The notes under the pieces: model-generated
Database searches by the model: none
What the model was told of the DNA's origin: nothing
The model's input: only the letters and a program-made list of their open reading frames with translations
In this document: positions 20,821-31,420 of the stretch, piece after piece
Numbering within the stretch: position 1 is the stretch's first letter
Layout: each line of letters opens with the position of its first letter
Made by a program: the position numbers and the translations under genes
DNA from: an uncultured delta proteobacterium
GTDB taxonomy: Bacteria; Myxococcota; Myxococcia; Myxococcales; Myxococcaceae
DNA: 64,000 bases
Direction: 5' to 3'
Assembly (NCBI GenBank): GCA_963771175.1
Contig: CAVYSY010000040.1
Span: 96,001 to 160,000, forward strand

Positions 20821-21885
20821 ATGAGGCTCGTCCTGGATGCGATGGGGGGTGACCATGCTCCCGAGGCCCCCATTGAGGGGGCTCTCCTGTTCGCGCGTGA
20901 GTTCCCCGATCACGAGGTGGTGCTCGTGGGAGACCTGCCGCGCCTGCGCGAGCCCCTGTCCCGTGCCGGGGGCGCCCCGGACAACGTGCGCCTCCACCCC
21001 GCCTCCCAGGTGGTGGAGATGGAGGATCACCCCATCTCGGCCATCCGTCACAAGAAGGACTCCTCCCTGCGGGTGGGCTTCGAGCTCGTCCGCCAGGGCG
21101 AGGCCGAGGCGCTGGTGTCGGCGGGGCACTCGGGGGCGGTGATGGCGGGGGGGCTGCTGGTGCTCGGCCGCATCCCCGGGGTGGAGCGCCCGGCGATCGC
21201 CACCCTGCTGCCCGCCCTCAAGGGTGGGGGGCGCTGTCTCCTGCTGGACGCCGGAGCCAACGTGGAGTGCCGGCCCGTCCACCTCGCCCAATGGGCGGTC
21301 TTGGGCGAGGCCTACGTGCGCGCCCGCCTGGGCCTTCCCCGCCCGCGCGTGGCGGTGCTCTCCAATGGCGAGGAGCCCTCCAAGGGCACCTCCCTCACCC
21401 GCGAGGCCTCGGAGCTGCTGCGCGCCTCGGATCTGGACTTCGTCGGCTACGTGGAGGGGAAGGACATCTTCTCCGGGGACGTGGAGGTGGTCGTCACCGA
21501 CGGCTTCACCGGCAACGTGGTCCTCAAGACGTCCGAGGGGGTGGCGGCGGCCGTGACGGGGCTCCTGCGCTCGGCCATCGAGCGGCGCGGGGGCCTGCCG
21601 GAGAAGCTGGGAGCGCTGCTGCTGCAGCCCACCTTCACCGGCCTGAAGAAGATGATGGACTACGCCGAGTACGGAGGCGCGCCGCTGCTCGGCCTCGAGG
21701 GCGTGGGCATCGTGGCCCATGGCCGCAGCTCGCCCCGGGCCATCCAGAAGGCCCTGGAGGCCGCCCTGCAGACGGCCCAGGCCGGATTACGTGCCGAATT
21801 GACGCGTCGCATCGCGGAAGCCGCCGCCTGGCTCCCTGCTCGACAGCGGGGAAAGGGGGCGACAGAGGAGGTTCTTTCCGATTAG
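20821..21885 (+). CDS. plsX: Phosphate acyltransferase PlsX
   Basis: LDAMGGDHAP, LLDAGAN, DGFTGNVVLKTSEG, GGAPLLG, HGRS. Confidence 0.95.
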   Translation: MRLVLDAMGGDHAPEAPIEGALLFAREFPDHEVVLVGDLPRLREPLSRAGGAPDNVRLHPASQVVEMEDHPISAIRHKKDSSLRVGFELVRQGEAEALVSAGHSGAVMAGGLLVLGRIPGVERPAIATLLPALKGGGRCLLLDAGANVECRPVHLAQWAVLGEAYVRARLGLPRPRVAVLSNGEEPSKGTSLTREASELLRASDLDFVGYVEGKDIFSGDVEVVVTDGFTGNVVLKTSEGVAAAVTGLLRSAIERRGGLPEKLGALLLQPTFTGLKKMMDYAEYGGAPLLGLEGVGIVAHGRSSPRAIQKALEAALQTAQAGLRAELTRRIAEAAAWLPARQRGKGATEEVLSD

Positions 21886-21933
21886 AGAGCGCGCGCGAGG
21901 CGTTCGTGTCCGGGACATCACCCAGGAGTCACC

Positions 21934-22917
21934 TTGGCACGCACGCAGATCATCGGTACCGGCTCGTACGCTCCGGAGAAGGTCCTGACCAACGCCGACC
22001 TCGAGAAGATCGTCGACACGACGGACGAGTGGATCACCGCGCGTACCGGGATCCGCAAGCGTCGGGTGGCGGCACCGGGCGAGGCCACCAGCGACATGGC
22101 CGTGCAGGCGGCCCGCCAGGCGCTGGAGATGGCCGGCGTCCGTCCGGAGGAGCTGGGGCTCATCGTGGTGGGCACCGTCACGCCGGACATGCCCATGCCC
22201 TCCTGTGCCGCGGTGGTGCAGGCCAGGCTGGGGGCGAAGAACGCCTTCGCCTTCGACGTGGCGGCGGCGTGCGCGGGCTCGCTCTACGCCCTCTCGGTGG
22301 CGGACCACTTCATCCGCGGCGGCCAGGTGAAGCGCGCGCTGGTCATCGGCGCCGAGATGCTCAGCCGGACGGTCAATTGGGATGACCGCAACACCTGCGT
22401 GCTCTTCGGGGACGCGGCGGGCGCCATGGTGATCGCCCCCGCCGAGGACGAGTCGCGCGGGCTCCTCTCCACGCACCTCTATACGGACGGCTCCCTCGCG
22501 GAGATCCTCTGCATCCCGGGCGGCGGCACCAGCAAGCCGGCTTGCGAGGCGGTGCTGAAGGAGAAGTTGAACACGCTGCACATGAACGGCCGCGAGGTCT
22601 TCAAGTTCGCGGTGCGCGCGCTGGCGGACTCCACCCACACGGCCCTCGAGTCCAATGGGCTACACGCCCGGGACGTGGACCACGTCATCGCCCATCAGGC
22701 GAACATCCGCATCCTCGAAGCCGTGCTACAGCGGCTGGAGCTGCCGGTGGAGAAGTGCTGGCTCAACCTGCACGAGTACGGCAATACGTCCTCCGCGTCC
22801 CTGCCCATGACGCTGGATGAGGCCAACCGGGCGGGCCGGCTGAAGCAGGGCGACGTGGTGGCGATGATGGCCATTGGCGCGGGGATGACGTGGGGCAGCG
22901 CGGTCATGCGCTGGTAG
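21934..22917 (+). CDS. fabH: 3-oxoacyl-ACP synthase III
   Basis: AACAG, HQANIRI, YGNTSSAS catalytic triad motifs. Confidence 0.95.
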   Translation: MARTQIIGTGSYAPEKVLTNADLEKIVDTTDEWITARTGIRKRRVAAPGEATSDMAVQAARQALEMAGVRPEELGLIVVGTVTPDMPMPSCAAVVQARLGAKNAFAFDVAAACAGSLYALSVADHFIRGGQVKRALVIGAEMLSRTVNWDDRNTCVLFGDAAGAMVIAPAEDESRGLLSTHLYTDGSLAEILCIPGGGTSKPACEAVLKEKLNTLHMNGREVFKFAVRALADSTHTALESNGLHARDVDHVIAHQANIRILEAVLQRLELPVEKCWLNLHEYGNTSSASLPMTLDEANRAGRLKQGDVVAMMAIGAGMTWGSAVMRW

Positions 22918-22946
22918 CGAGTGATTTCAGGGAGGGAGCACCGAAG

Positions 22947-23882
22947 ATGGCGAAGAGCGCGTTCGTCTTCCCCGGCCAGGGCAGCCAGGCTGTCGGCATG
23001 GGGAAGGACCTGTACGAGAAGTTTCCCGAGGCCCGGGCCGTGTTCGAGGCGGCCGACGATGCGTTGGGCGAGAAGTTCTCCCAGGTCCTCTTCGAGGGGC
23101 CGGAGTCGGCGCTCAAGCTGACGGCCAACACCCAGCCGGCCATCCTCATCGTGTCGGTGGCGGCGCACGCCGTCTTCTCCCAGCGGGCACCGGCGCCGGC
23201 CTTCGTGGCGGGTCACTCGCTGGGCGAGTACTCGGCCCTGGTGGCGGCGGGCTCGCTGCAACTCGCGGACGCGGTGCGGGCGGTGCGCGCCCGTGGCACC
23301 TTCATGCAGGAGGCGGTGCCCGAGGGCGTGGGCGCCATGGCGGCCATCCTCGGCCTGACGCCGGACAAGGTGAAGGCGGCCTGCGACGAGGCGGCCCAGG
23401 GCCAGGTGGTGTCTCCCGCCAACTACAACTCGCCGGAGCAGACGGTCATCGCCGGCCACGCGCAGGCGGTGGAGCGCGCCGGAGCGAAGTGCAAGGAGCT
23501 GGGCGCCAAGCGCGTCATGCCCCTGCCCGTGTCCGCCCCCTTCCACTGCGCGCTGATGGATCCGGTGAAGCCGCGCCTGGGCGAGGTGCTCTCCCAGGTG
23601 AAGCTGTCCGCCCCGTCCGTCCCGGTGGTGACGAACGTGGAGGCGAAGCCCAACGCCGAGGTCGCCCGCGTGGTGCCGCTGCTGCTCGAGCAGGTCAGCG
23701 CCCCGGTGCGGTGGATTGAGTGCGTGGAGGCCCTCAAGGCCGAGGGCGTGACGCGCATCATCGAGCTGGGCCCCGGCAAGGTGCTGAGCGGGCTCACCAA
23801 GCGCATCACCAAGGACATCGAGTCGTTCAACGTGGAAGACTCCGCGAGCCTGGAGAAGGCTCTCGCGGCACTGGGGGCCTGA
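22947..23882 (+). CDS. fabD: Malonyl-CoA:ACP transacylase
   Basis: FPGQGSQ, GHSLGEY, SAPFH. Confidence 0.95.
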   Translation: MAKSAFVFPGQGSQAVGMGKDLYEKFPEARAVFEAADDALGEKFSQVLFEGPESALKLTANTQPAILIVSVAAHAVFSQRAPAPAFVAGHSLGEYSALVAAGSLQLADAVRAVRARGTFMQEAVPEGVGAMAAILGLTPDKVKAACDEAAQGQVVSPANYNSPEQTVIAGHAQAVERAGAKCKELGAKRVMPLPVSAPFHCALMDPVKPRLGEVLSQVKLSAPSVPVVTNVEAKPNAEVARVVPLLLEQVSAPVRWIECVEALKAEGVTRIIELGPGKVLSGLTKRITKDIESFNVEDSASLEKALAALGA

Positions 23883-23885
23883 GAG

Positions 23886-24633
23886 ATGAGCGCGTTCAAG
23901 GACAAGGTGGTGCTGGTGACGGGCGGCTCGCGGGGGATCGGCCGCTCCATCGCGGTGGCCTTCGCCAAGCAGGGCGCCACCGTGGTCATCAGCTACGCGG
24001 GCAACGAGGCCGCGGCGCAGGAGACGCTGGGTCTCATCCAGGCCGCGGGCGGCAAGGGCGAGGCAGTGCGCTTCGACGTGTCCGACTCCACCGCCTGCGC
24101 GGGCGCCGTGGAGAACGTGGTGAAGACGCACGGCCGCCTGGACGTGCTCGTCAACAACGCCGGCGTGGCCGTGGACGGCCTGGTCATGCGGGTGAAGGAC
24201 GAGGACTGGGACAAGCAGCTCGATACCAACCTGAAGGGGGCCTTCTCGCTCATCCGCGCGGCCAGCCGGCCGATGATGAAGCAGCGGGGCGGGGCCATCA
24301 TCAACCTCACCTCCGTGGTGGGCGAGATGGGCAACGGCGGTCAGGCCGCCTACTCGGCCTCCAAAGCGGGCCTCATCGGGTCTGACCAAGTCCGTGGCCA
24401 AGGAGCTGGCCAGCCGCAACATCCGGGTGAACGCCGTGTCCCCGGGCTTCATCGGCACGGACATGACCTCTCACCTGGAGGGGGAGACGCGGGAGAAGAT
24501 GATGGCCGCCATCCCGCTGGGTCGCCTGGGGTCCCCCGAGGACGTCGCCAACGCCGTCCTCTTCCTCGCCAGCGATGCCGCCGCCTACATCACCGGAGAG
24601 GTCCTGAAGGTGAACGGCGGCATGTACATGTAG
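23886..24633 (+). CDS. fabG: 3-oxoacyl-ACP reductase (apparent frameshift near 24380)
   Basis: [17 protein letters not shown]. The C-terminus ([19 protein letters not shown]...NGGMYM) is in a shifted frame. Confidence 0.9.
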
Positions 24634-24736
24634 CCAAGGGTTGGATCGGCGGCGGTCGTGGAGTATACCGCGCCGGCCTTTACTCGGTCCGGGGAGTATG
24701 CCGGACCCCTACGCGGTTCTGGAGGGTTCAATACCT

Positions 24737-24982
24737 ATGTCGAATTCGTCTTCTATCGAGGCCAAGGTCAAGTCCATCATCGCCGACCAGCTGGGCGTGG
24801 GGGAGGAAGAGATCAAGCCCGAGTCCTCGTTCATCGAGGATCTGGGCGCGGACAGCCTCGACATCGTGGAGCTGGTGATGGCGATGGAGGAGGAGTTCGA
24901 GGTCGAGATCCCCGACGAGGAGGCCGAGAACATCAAGTCCGTCGGCGACGCCATCAACTACATCAATACGCACAAGAAGTAG
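24737..24982 (+). CDS. acpP: Acyl carrier protein
   Basis: [20 protein letters not shown] phosphopantetheine motif. Confidence 0.97.
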   Translation: MSNSSSIEAKVKSIIADQLGVGEEEIKPESSFIEDLGADSLDIVELVMAMEEEFEVEIPDEEAENIKSVGDAINYINTHKK

Positions 24983-25057
24983 GCGGCGATGTAGGGCCGG
25001 GGAGCGCTGGCCCCCCCAGCGTTCCATGGCAGCAGCGCGTATTCAGTGGAGAGCAAC

Positions 25058-26315
<1,258 letters not shown>

Positions 26316-26376
26316 GACGCAGCACCCCTCTCCCTCCGAGAGGGGTCTGCCCCATCTGGACGGAGGGAGGTTCCGC

Positions 26377-26826
26377 GTGAAGCTCATCATCGCGTCGGAC
26401 CATGCGGGACTGGAGCTGCGGCGTGAACTGGTGGCCCTCCTCACGGAGAAGGGCATCGCGTTCGACGACGTGGGCCCCACCACGACCGCATCGGTGGACT
26501 ACCCGGACTTCGCCAAGAGCGTGTCCAAGGCCGTGGCCGATGGCCGCTACACCCACGGCGTGCTGGTGTGTGGCACCGGCATCGGCATGAGCATCGTGGC
26601 CAACAAGTACCGGGGCGTGCGCGCGGCCCTGTGTACGACCGAGTTCGAGGCCCGGATGGCTCGTGCCCACAACGACGCCAACGTGCTGTGCCTCGGCCAG
26701 CGCGTCGTCGGTCCGGGCGTGGGCCGGGGCATCCTCGAGGCCTTCCTGGCCACCCCCTTCGAGGGCGGCCGGCACCAGAAGCGCGTCGACAAGATTCGCG
26801 AGGCCGAGTCCGACAACGGACGCTGA
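26377..26826 (+). CDS. rpiB: Ribose-5-phosphate isomerase B
   Basis: SDHAG, DYPD, CGTGIG, HNDAN, FEGGRH. Confidence 0.95.
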   Translation: MKLIIASDHAGLELRRELVALLTEKGIAFDDVGPTTTASVDYPDFAKSVSKAVADGRYTHGVLVCGTGIGMSIVANKYRGVRAALCTTEFEARMARAHNDANVLCLGQRVVGPGVGRGILEAFLATPFEGGRHQKRVDKIREAESDNGR

Positions 26827-26859
26827 AGGCCCCTGTTCCTACCGAGGGAGAGCGTGTCC

Positions 26860-28116
26860 ATGGAGAACACCCGTAGGCTGTCCGAGGTCGATCCCGAGAT
26901 TGCGAAGGTCCTCCTCGATGAAACGCGCCGCCAGGAAGAGGGCCTGGAGCTCATCGCCTCGGAGAACTTCGTCAGCCCCGCCGTGATGGAGGCCGTGGGC
27001 TCGGTCCTCACGAACAAGTACGCCGAGGGCTACCCCGGCAAGCGCTACTACGGCGGCTGCGAGGTCGTGGACGTGGCGGAGAACCTCGCCATCTCCCGCG
27101 CCAAGGAGCTGTTCGGCGCGGACTACGTCAACGTCCAGCCCCACTCGGGCAGCCAGGCCAACATGGGCGCCTACATGGCCCTCATGAAGCCCGGCGATAC
27201 CATGCTGTCGCTGGACTTGAACTCGGGCGGCCACCTCACCCACGGCGCCGCGTTCAACTTCTCCGGCAAGCTCTACAAGGTCGTCCACTACGGGCTCACC
27301 CGGGACACCGAGACGCTCGACTACGCGCAGGCCGCCGCCCTCGCCAAGGAGCACAAGCCTCGCGTCATCGTCGTGGGCGCCTCGGCCTACCCGCGCACCA
27401 TCGACTTCGCGAAGTTCCGGGAGATCGCCGACAGCGTGGGCGCCGCGCTGATGGTGGACATGGCGCACATCGCCGGCCTCGTGGCCGCGGGCGTGCACCC
27501 CTCGCCCGTGCCGCTGGCGGACTTCGTCACCTCCACCACGCACAAGACGCTGCGGGGCCCTCGTGGCGGCCTGGTGCTGAGCAAGGAGCAGTACGGCAAG
27601 ACGCTCAACAGTCAGATCTTCCCGGGCATCCAGGGCGGTCCGCTGATGCACGTCATCGCCGCCAAGGCCGTGGCCTTCCGCGAGGCCCTCTCCCCCGAGT
27701 TCAAGGCGTACCAGCGGCAGATCGTCGCCAACGCCAAGGCCCTGGCCGAGGCGCTCCAGCGTGGTGGTCTGCGGCTGTGCTCGGGCGGTACGGACAATCA
27801 CCTGATGCTGGTGGACCTGCGGCCCAAGAACCTCGTGGGCAAGGTGGCCGAGGAGGTCCTGGACAAGGCCGGCATCACCGTGAACAAGAACATGATTCCG
27901 TTCGACCCGGAGAAGCCCATGGTGACCTCGGGCGTCCGGATCGGCACGCCGGCCATCACCTCGCGCGGAATGAAGGAGGCCGATATGGCCACCGTCGGCG
28001 CGCTCGTGGTCGAGGCGTTGGATCACTCCTCGGACGAGACGCGGCTGGCCAGCGTCCGCGAGAAGGTGAAGGAGTTCACCCGGAGCTTCCCGCTCTACGC
28101 CTCGCGGCTGAAGTAG
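26860..28116 (+). CDS. glyA: Serine hydroxymethyltransferase
   Basis: [33 protein letters not shown]. Confidence 0.97.
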   Translation: MENTRRLSEVDPEIAKVLLDETRRQEEGLELIASENFVSPAVMEAVGSVLTNKYAEGYPGKRYYGGCEVVDVAENLAISRAKELFGADYVNVQPHSGSQANMGAYMALMKPGDTMLSLDLNSGGHLTHGAAFNFSGKLYKVVHYGLTRDTETLDYAQAAALAKEHKPRVIVVGASAYPRTIDFAKFREIADSVGAALMVDMAHIAGLVAAGVHPSPVPLADFVTSTTHKTLRGPRGGLVLSKEQYGKTLNSQIFPGIQGGPLMHVIAAKAVAFREALSPEFKAYQRQIVANAKALAEALQRGGLRLCSGGTDNHLMLVDLRPKNLVGKVAEEVLDKAGITVNKNMIPFDPEKPMVTSGVRIGTPAITSRGMKEADMATVGALVVEALDHSSDETRLASVREKVKEFTRSFPLYASRLK

Positions 28117-28128
28117 ACGCCACCCTCG

Positions 28129-28626
28129 ATGCGCTGCCCCTTCTGCCAGGACGCCGAGAACAAGGTCATCGACTCGCGCGAGTCGCACGAGGGGTCTGTC
28201 ATCCGTCGGCGTCGCGAGTGCCTCCAGTGCAAGCGGCGCTTCACCACGTACGAGCGGGTGGAGGAACTCTACCCGCTCATCGTGAAGAAGGACGGGCGCC
28301 GGGAGGCGTTCGACCGGGACAAGCTGCTCGCCGGGCTGAAGAAGGCCTGCGAGAAGCGACCGGTATCGGCGGACCAGCTCGAGGAGACGGTGGTCGCCAT
28401 CGAGCGGCTGCTGCAGGGCATGGGTGAGAAGGAGGTGCCCTCGTCGGTGATCGGCGAGGAGGTGATGCGCCGGCTGCACACGCTGGACGAGGTGGCCTAT
28501 GTCCGCTTCGCCTCGGTGTACCGGAGCTTCCGCGACATCTCCGAGTTCATGGAGGAGCTGAAGGACCTGCTGTCGGACCGGACGCGGGAGCTCAAGCCGA
28601 CGCGGCCGGCGGGCAAGGATGGTTGA
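28129..28626 (+). CDS. nrdR: Transcriptional repressor NrdR
   Basis: MRCPFC, IRRRREC, ATP cone, AYVRFASVY. Confidence 0.97.
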   Translation: MRCPFCQDAENKVIDSRESHEGSVIRRRRECLQCKRRFTTYERVEELYPLIVKKDGRREAFDRDKLLAGLKKACEKRPVSADQLEETVVAIERLLQGMGEKEVPSSVIGEEVMRRLHTLDEVAYVRFASVYRSFRDISEFMEELKDLLSDRTRELKPTRPAGKDG

Positions 28627-28632
28627 CGGGCG

Positions 28633-29808
28633 ATGCGGCTCTTGACGCGGGCACGGATGCAGGCACGGCGTACGCCTCGGGCGAAGCGCGCGGCGGACTT
28701 CGACCGGGCGGTGGCCGAGTTCTTCATGCGCCTCGCGCTGGAGGAGGCGGCCAAGGGGCTCGGCCGCACCAGTCCCAACCCGGTGGTGGGGGCGGTGCTG
28801 GTGAAGGGCGGCCGCATCATCGCGCGCGGCTACCATCGGCGTGCGGGCACGGCCCACGCCGAGGTGGTGGCGCTGGAGGCCGCGGGCACCAAGGCGCGCG
28901 GGGCGGACCTCTACACGACGCTGGAGCCGTGCGACCACTACGGGCGCACCCCGCCGTGCAGCCAGGCCATCCTCGATGCCGGCGTGCGTCGGGTCTTCAC
29001 CGGCTCGTCGGACCCGAACCCGAAGGTGAATGGCAAGGGTGTGGCGCGGTTGCGGCGCGCCGGGGTGGAGGTGGTCACCGGCGTGCTGAAGGACGAGGCC
29101 GACAAGCTGAACCGGCCCTTCTTCAAGTCAGTGAGCACCGGCCTGCCCTACGTCACCCTCAAGGCTGCGGTGACGCTGGATGGCAAGCTGGCCACGGCCA
29201 CCGGGGACTCGCGCTGGGTGACGGGTGAGCAGGCCCGCGCGCGGGTGCACCGGCTGCGCGACCAGGTGGACGTCATCCTCGTGGGCGCCAACACCGTCCA
29301 GAAGGACAACCCCCAGCTCACCACCCGACTCGCCGACAGCGGAGGGAAGGATCCGGTGCGCGTGGTGGTGGACTCGCACCTGCGCCTGTCCCCGAAGCTG
29401 ACCGTCTTCACCCAGCGCTCGCCCGCGCGCACCGTGGTGGCCACCCTGGAGGACCCCTCCGGCCGCAAGGCGAAGCGCCTCCTCGCGATGGGGGTCGAGG
29501 TCTGGCGGATGCCCGAGAAGAAAGGGCGCGTGGACCTCGAGGCGCTGATGCGCCGCATCGCCAAGGAAGGGCTCAGCCACGTGTTGGTGGAGGGTGGGGC
29601 GGAGATGTACGGCTCGTTCCTCCGCGAGAAGCTGGCCGATGAGCTGCTCCTCTTCGTCGCTCCCAAGTTGATCGGCAGCGAGGGCCTGTCCTGGACGGGC
29701 TCGCTCGGCGTGAAGCAGATGGCCCGGGCGCTCACGGTGGGGACGCTCGCCTTCGAGCAGGTGGGGGACGATTTGCTCATCCGGGCGCGGCTCTCCGAGT
29801 CGAAGTGA
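28633..29808 (+). CDS. ribD: Riboflavin deaminase/reductase RibD
   Basis: PNPVVG, HAE, LEPCDHYGRTPPC, VEGG. Confidence 0.95.
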   Translation: MRLLTRARMQARRTPRAKRAADFDRAVAEFFMRLALEEAAKGLGRTSPNPVVGAVLVKGGRIIARGYHRRAGTAHAEVVALEAAGTKARGADLYTTLEPCDHYGRTPPCSQAILDAGVRRVFTGSSDPNPKVNGKGVARLRRAGVEVVTGVLKDEADKLNRPFFKSVSTGLPYVTLKAAVTLDGKLATATGDSRWVTGEQARARVHRLRDQVDVILVGANTVQKDNPQLTTRLADSGGKDPVRVVVDSHLRLSPKLTVFTQRSPARTVVATLEDPSGRKAKRLLAMGVEVWRMPEKKGRVDLEALMRRIAKEGLSHVLVEGGAEMYGSFLREKLADELLLFVAPKLIGSEGLSWTGSLGVKQMARALTVGTLAFEQVGDDLLIRARLSESK

Positions 29809-29854
29809 GCCCGCCACTGGGGGACGTCCTCTTCCCGGTGGCTATAGTGGCGGC

Positions 29855-30997
29855 GTGACGGATGTCTTCCGAGTCCAGGTAGCGGCCTCCAGCTCTCGCG
29901 GGGCCGTGTTGGTGTTGGCGCGGGCGTTCCAGCTTCCGTTGGAGGATGCGCGGCGGCTGTTGGCCGAGTCGCGTGTCCTGCCCCGAGACCTGGAGCTGGC
30001 CGAGGCCCAGCGGTTGGTGGAGTCCCTCCGGAAGCAGGGGGTGACCTGCGAGCCGGTGACGGTGGCCGGACATGGCCGGGCCGTGTGCGGCGCCCACCCC
30101 GCGCTGTCTCCCGAGTCTCCCTGCACCGACTGCCGCGAGCTGGTGTGCGTGCTGTGCCGCGACTCGCGGGGAGAGGCGCTCTGCGCGCGGTGCTCCGCCC
30201 TCCGGACCCGCCGCGCGCGTGCCAAGTGGTTGCGAGTCTCCGTGCTGCTCGTCGCCCTGGTGCTCGTCGCGCTCTGGGCCAGCTCCCGCTCCCGCGTCCG
30301 GGAGACCCGCCTGCTGTGGGACCGGCCCCTGGAGGTCGCGGTGGTGCTGCTCGCTCGGGACGAGGTGAAGCCCGAGGTGCGTCAGGCCTGGACCGATGGC
30401 GCGGGTCGACTCGAGGGCTGGCTCCAGCGTGAGGTCCGCCGCTACCGGCCGGACCTGAACCTGCCCGTGCGCTTCGTCCTCGCCGGTCCCGTGCCCACAG
30501 CCGATTTGGAGCTGACTCCGCCCGAGGACTCTCTGGTGGCTCGGGCCCGCCATGCGTGGGCGCTGTCTCGTGCCCTGTCCGCCGTGGATGAGGCCGCGGG
30601 TCTGTCCTCGCGCCGGCTGGATGCCCGCATCTACGTGGTGCTGGAGCCGGCGGGCGAGGGGGGCGAGCGTCTGGTGGAGGGCATGGCCGAGGCGGGCGGC
30701 TCCGTGGGTCTGGTGCGCGGGGTGCTGGGAGACACGAACCTCACCCTGGAACTGACCGCGGTGGCTCATGAGCTCTTCCACTGCCTGGGCGCGGTGGACG
30801 CCTATGACGAGCAGGGCCACGCGCGCGTGCCCGAGGGACTCGTGGAGCCCCAGCGCCAGCCCCTCTATCCCCAGCCCGCCGCCGAGGTGATGGTGGGCGA
30901 GGTTCCAGTAGGCGAGGCCCAAGGTCGCCTGCCCGAGTCGCTGGATGAGGTGCGCGTGGGTCCCGCTACGGCGGCGGCCCTGCGCTGGGCTCCGTAG
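29855..30997 (+). CDS. Membrane protein with Cys/His zinc finger and putative zincin HExxH domain
   Basis: CGAHP..CTDC..CVLC..CARC, one TM, then AHELFHCLGA. Confidence 0.6.
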   Translation: MTDVFRVQVAASSSRGAVLVLARAFQLPLEDARRLLAESRVLPRDLELAEAQRLVESLRKQGVTCEPVTVAGHGRAVCGAHPALSPESPCTDCRELVCVLCRDSRGEALCARCSALRTRRARAKWLRVSVLLVALVLVALWASSRSRVRETRLLWDRPLEVAVVLLARDEVKPEVRQAWTDGAGRLEGWLQREVRRYRPDLNLPVRFVLAGPVPTADLELTPPEDSLVARARHAWALSRALSAVDEAAGLSSRRLDARIYVVLEPAGEGGERLVEGMAEAGGSVGLVRGVLGDTNLTLELTAVAHELFHCLGAVDAYDEQGHARVPEGLVEPQRQPLYPQPAAEVMVGEVPVGEAQGRLPESLDEVRVGPATAAALRWAP

Positions 30998-31067
30998 GGG
31001 AGGGGCGCGCCGCCAGCAATCCGAAGAAGGTCCGTGCAGGAGGGGGCCTCCGGACGCGTGCTCGCGC

Positions 31068-31285
31068 AAGTGGTCCGATTGTCGGACCAGTTCGTGACGA
31101 TCGCGGCCGGGAGGTCGGCGACTCTCGAAGGTCAGGGGACCCTCCGGGCTCGATGTTGATCAACTTGTCCGTTTAGTGGACAAGTTCGCGAAAAGCGCGC
31201 CCGGAAGACTGGTGGTTCTCGGAGGACAGGACACCTCTCCGGGCTTGGTTCCGAAAAACCTGTCCGACTGTCGGACAGGTTTTTC
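31068..31285. repeat. Three about 25-bp palindromic REP-like units at 94-95 bp spacing
   Basis: TGGTCCGA-ttg-TCGGACCA (31071-31089); AACTTGTCC-7 nt-GGACAAGTT (31162-31186); GAAAAACCTGTCCGAC-t-GTCGGACAGGTTTTTC (31253-31285). Confidence 0.75.
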
Positions 31286-31420
31286 AAGAGCGCGACCGGG
31301 AGGACTGTGGGCCTTTCGGAGGGGGGCGTGTGCGATGCGCACTCGCGGACGCTGTTCGTCACCCCTGAAGGGACTGACTTCGGATGGCTTGGAACGGCTC
31401 GAAGCAGCAGAACGTGGGAT

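Noticed and set aside
31068..31285. CRISPR array
   Set aside because: Only three divergent units, spacers of about 70 bp, and no cas genes or leader.
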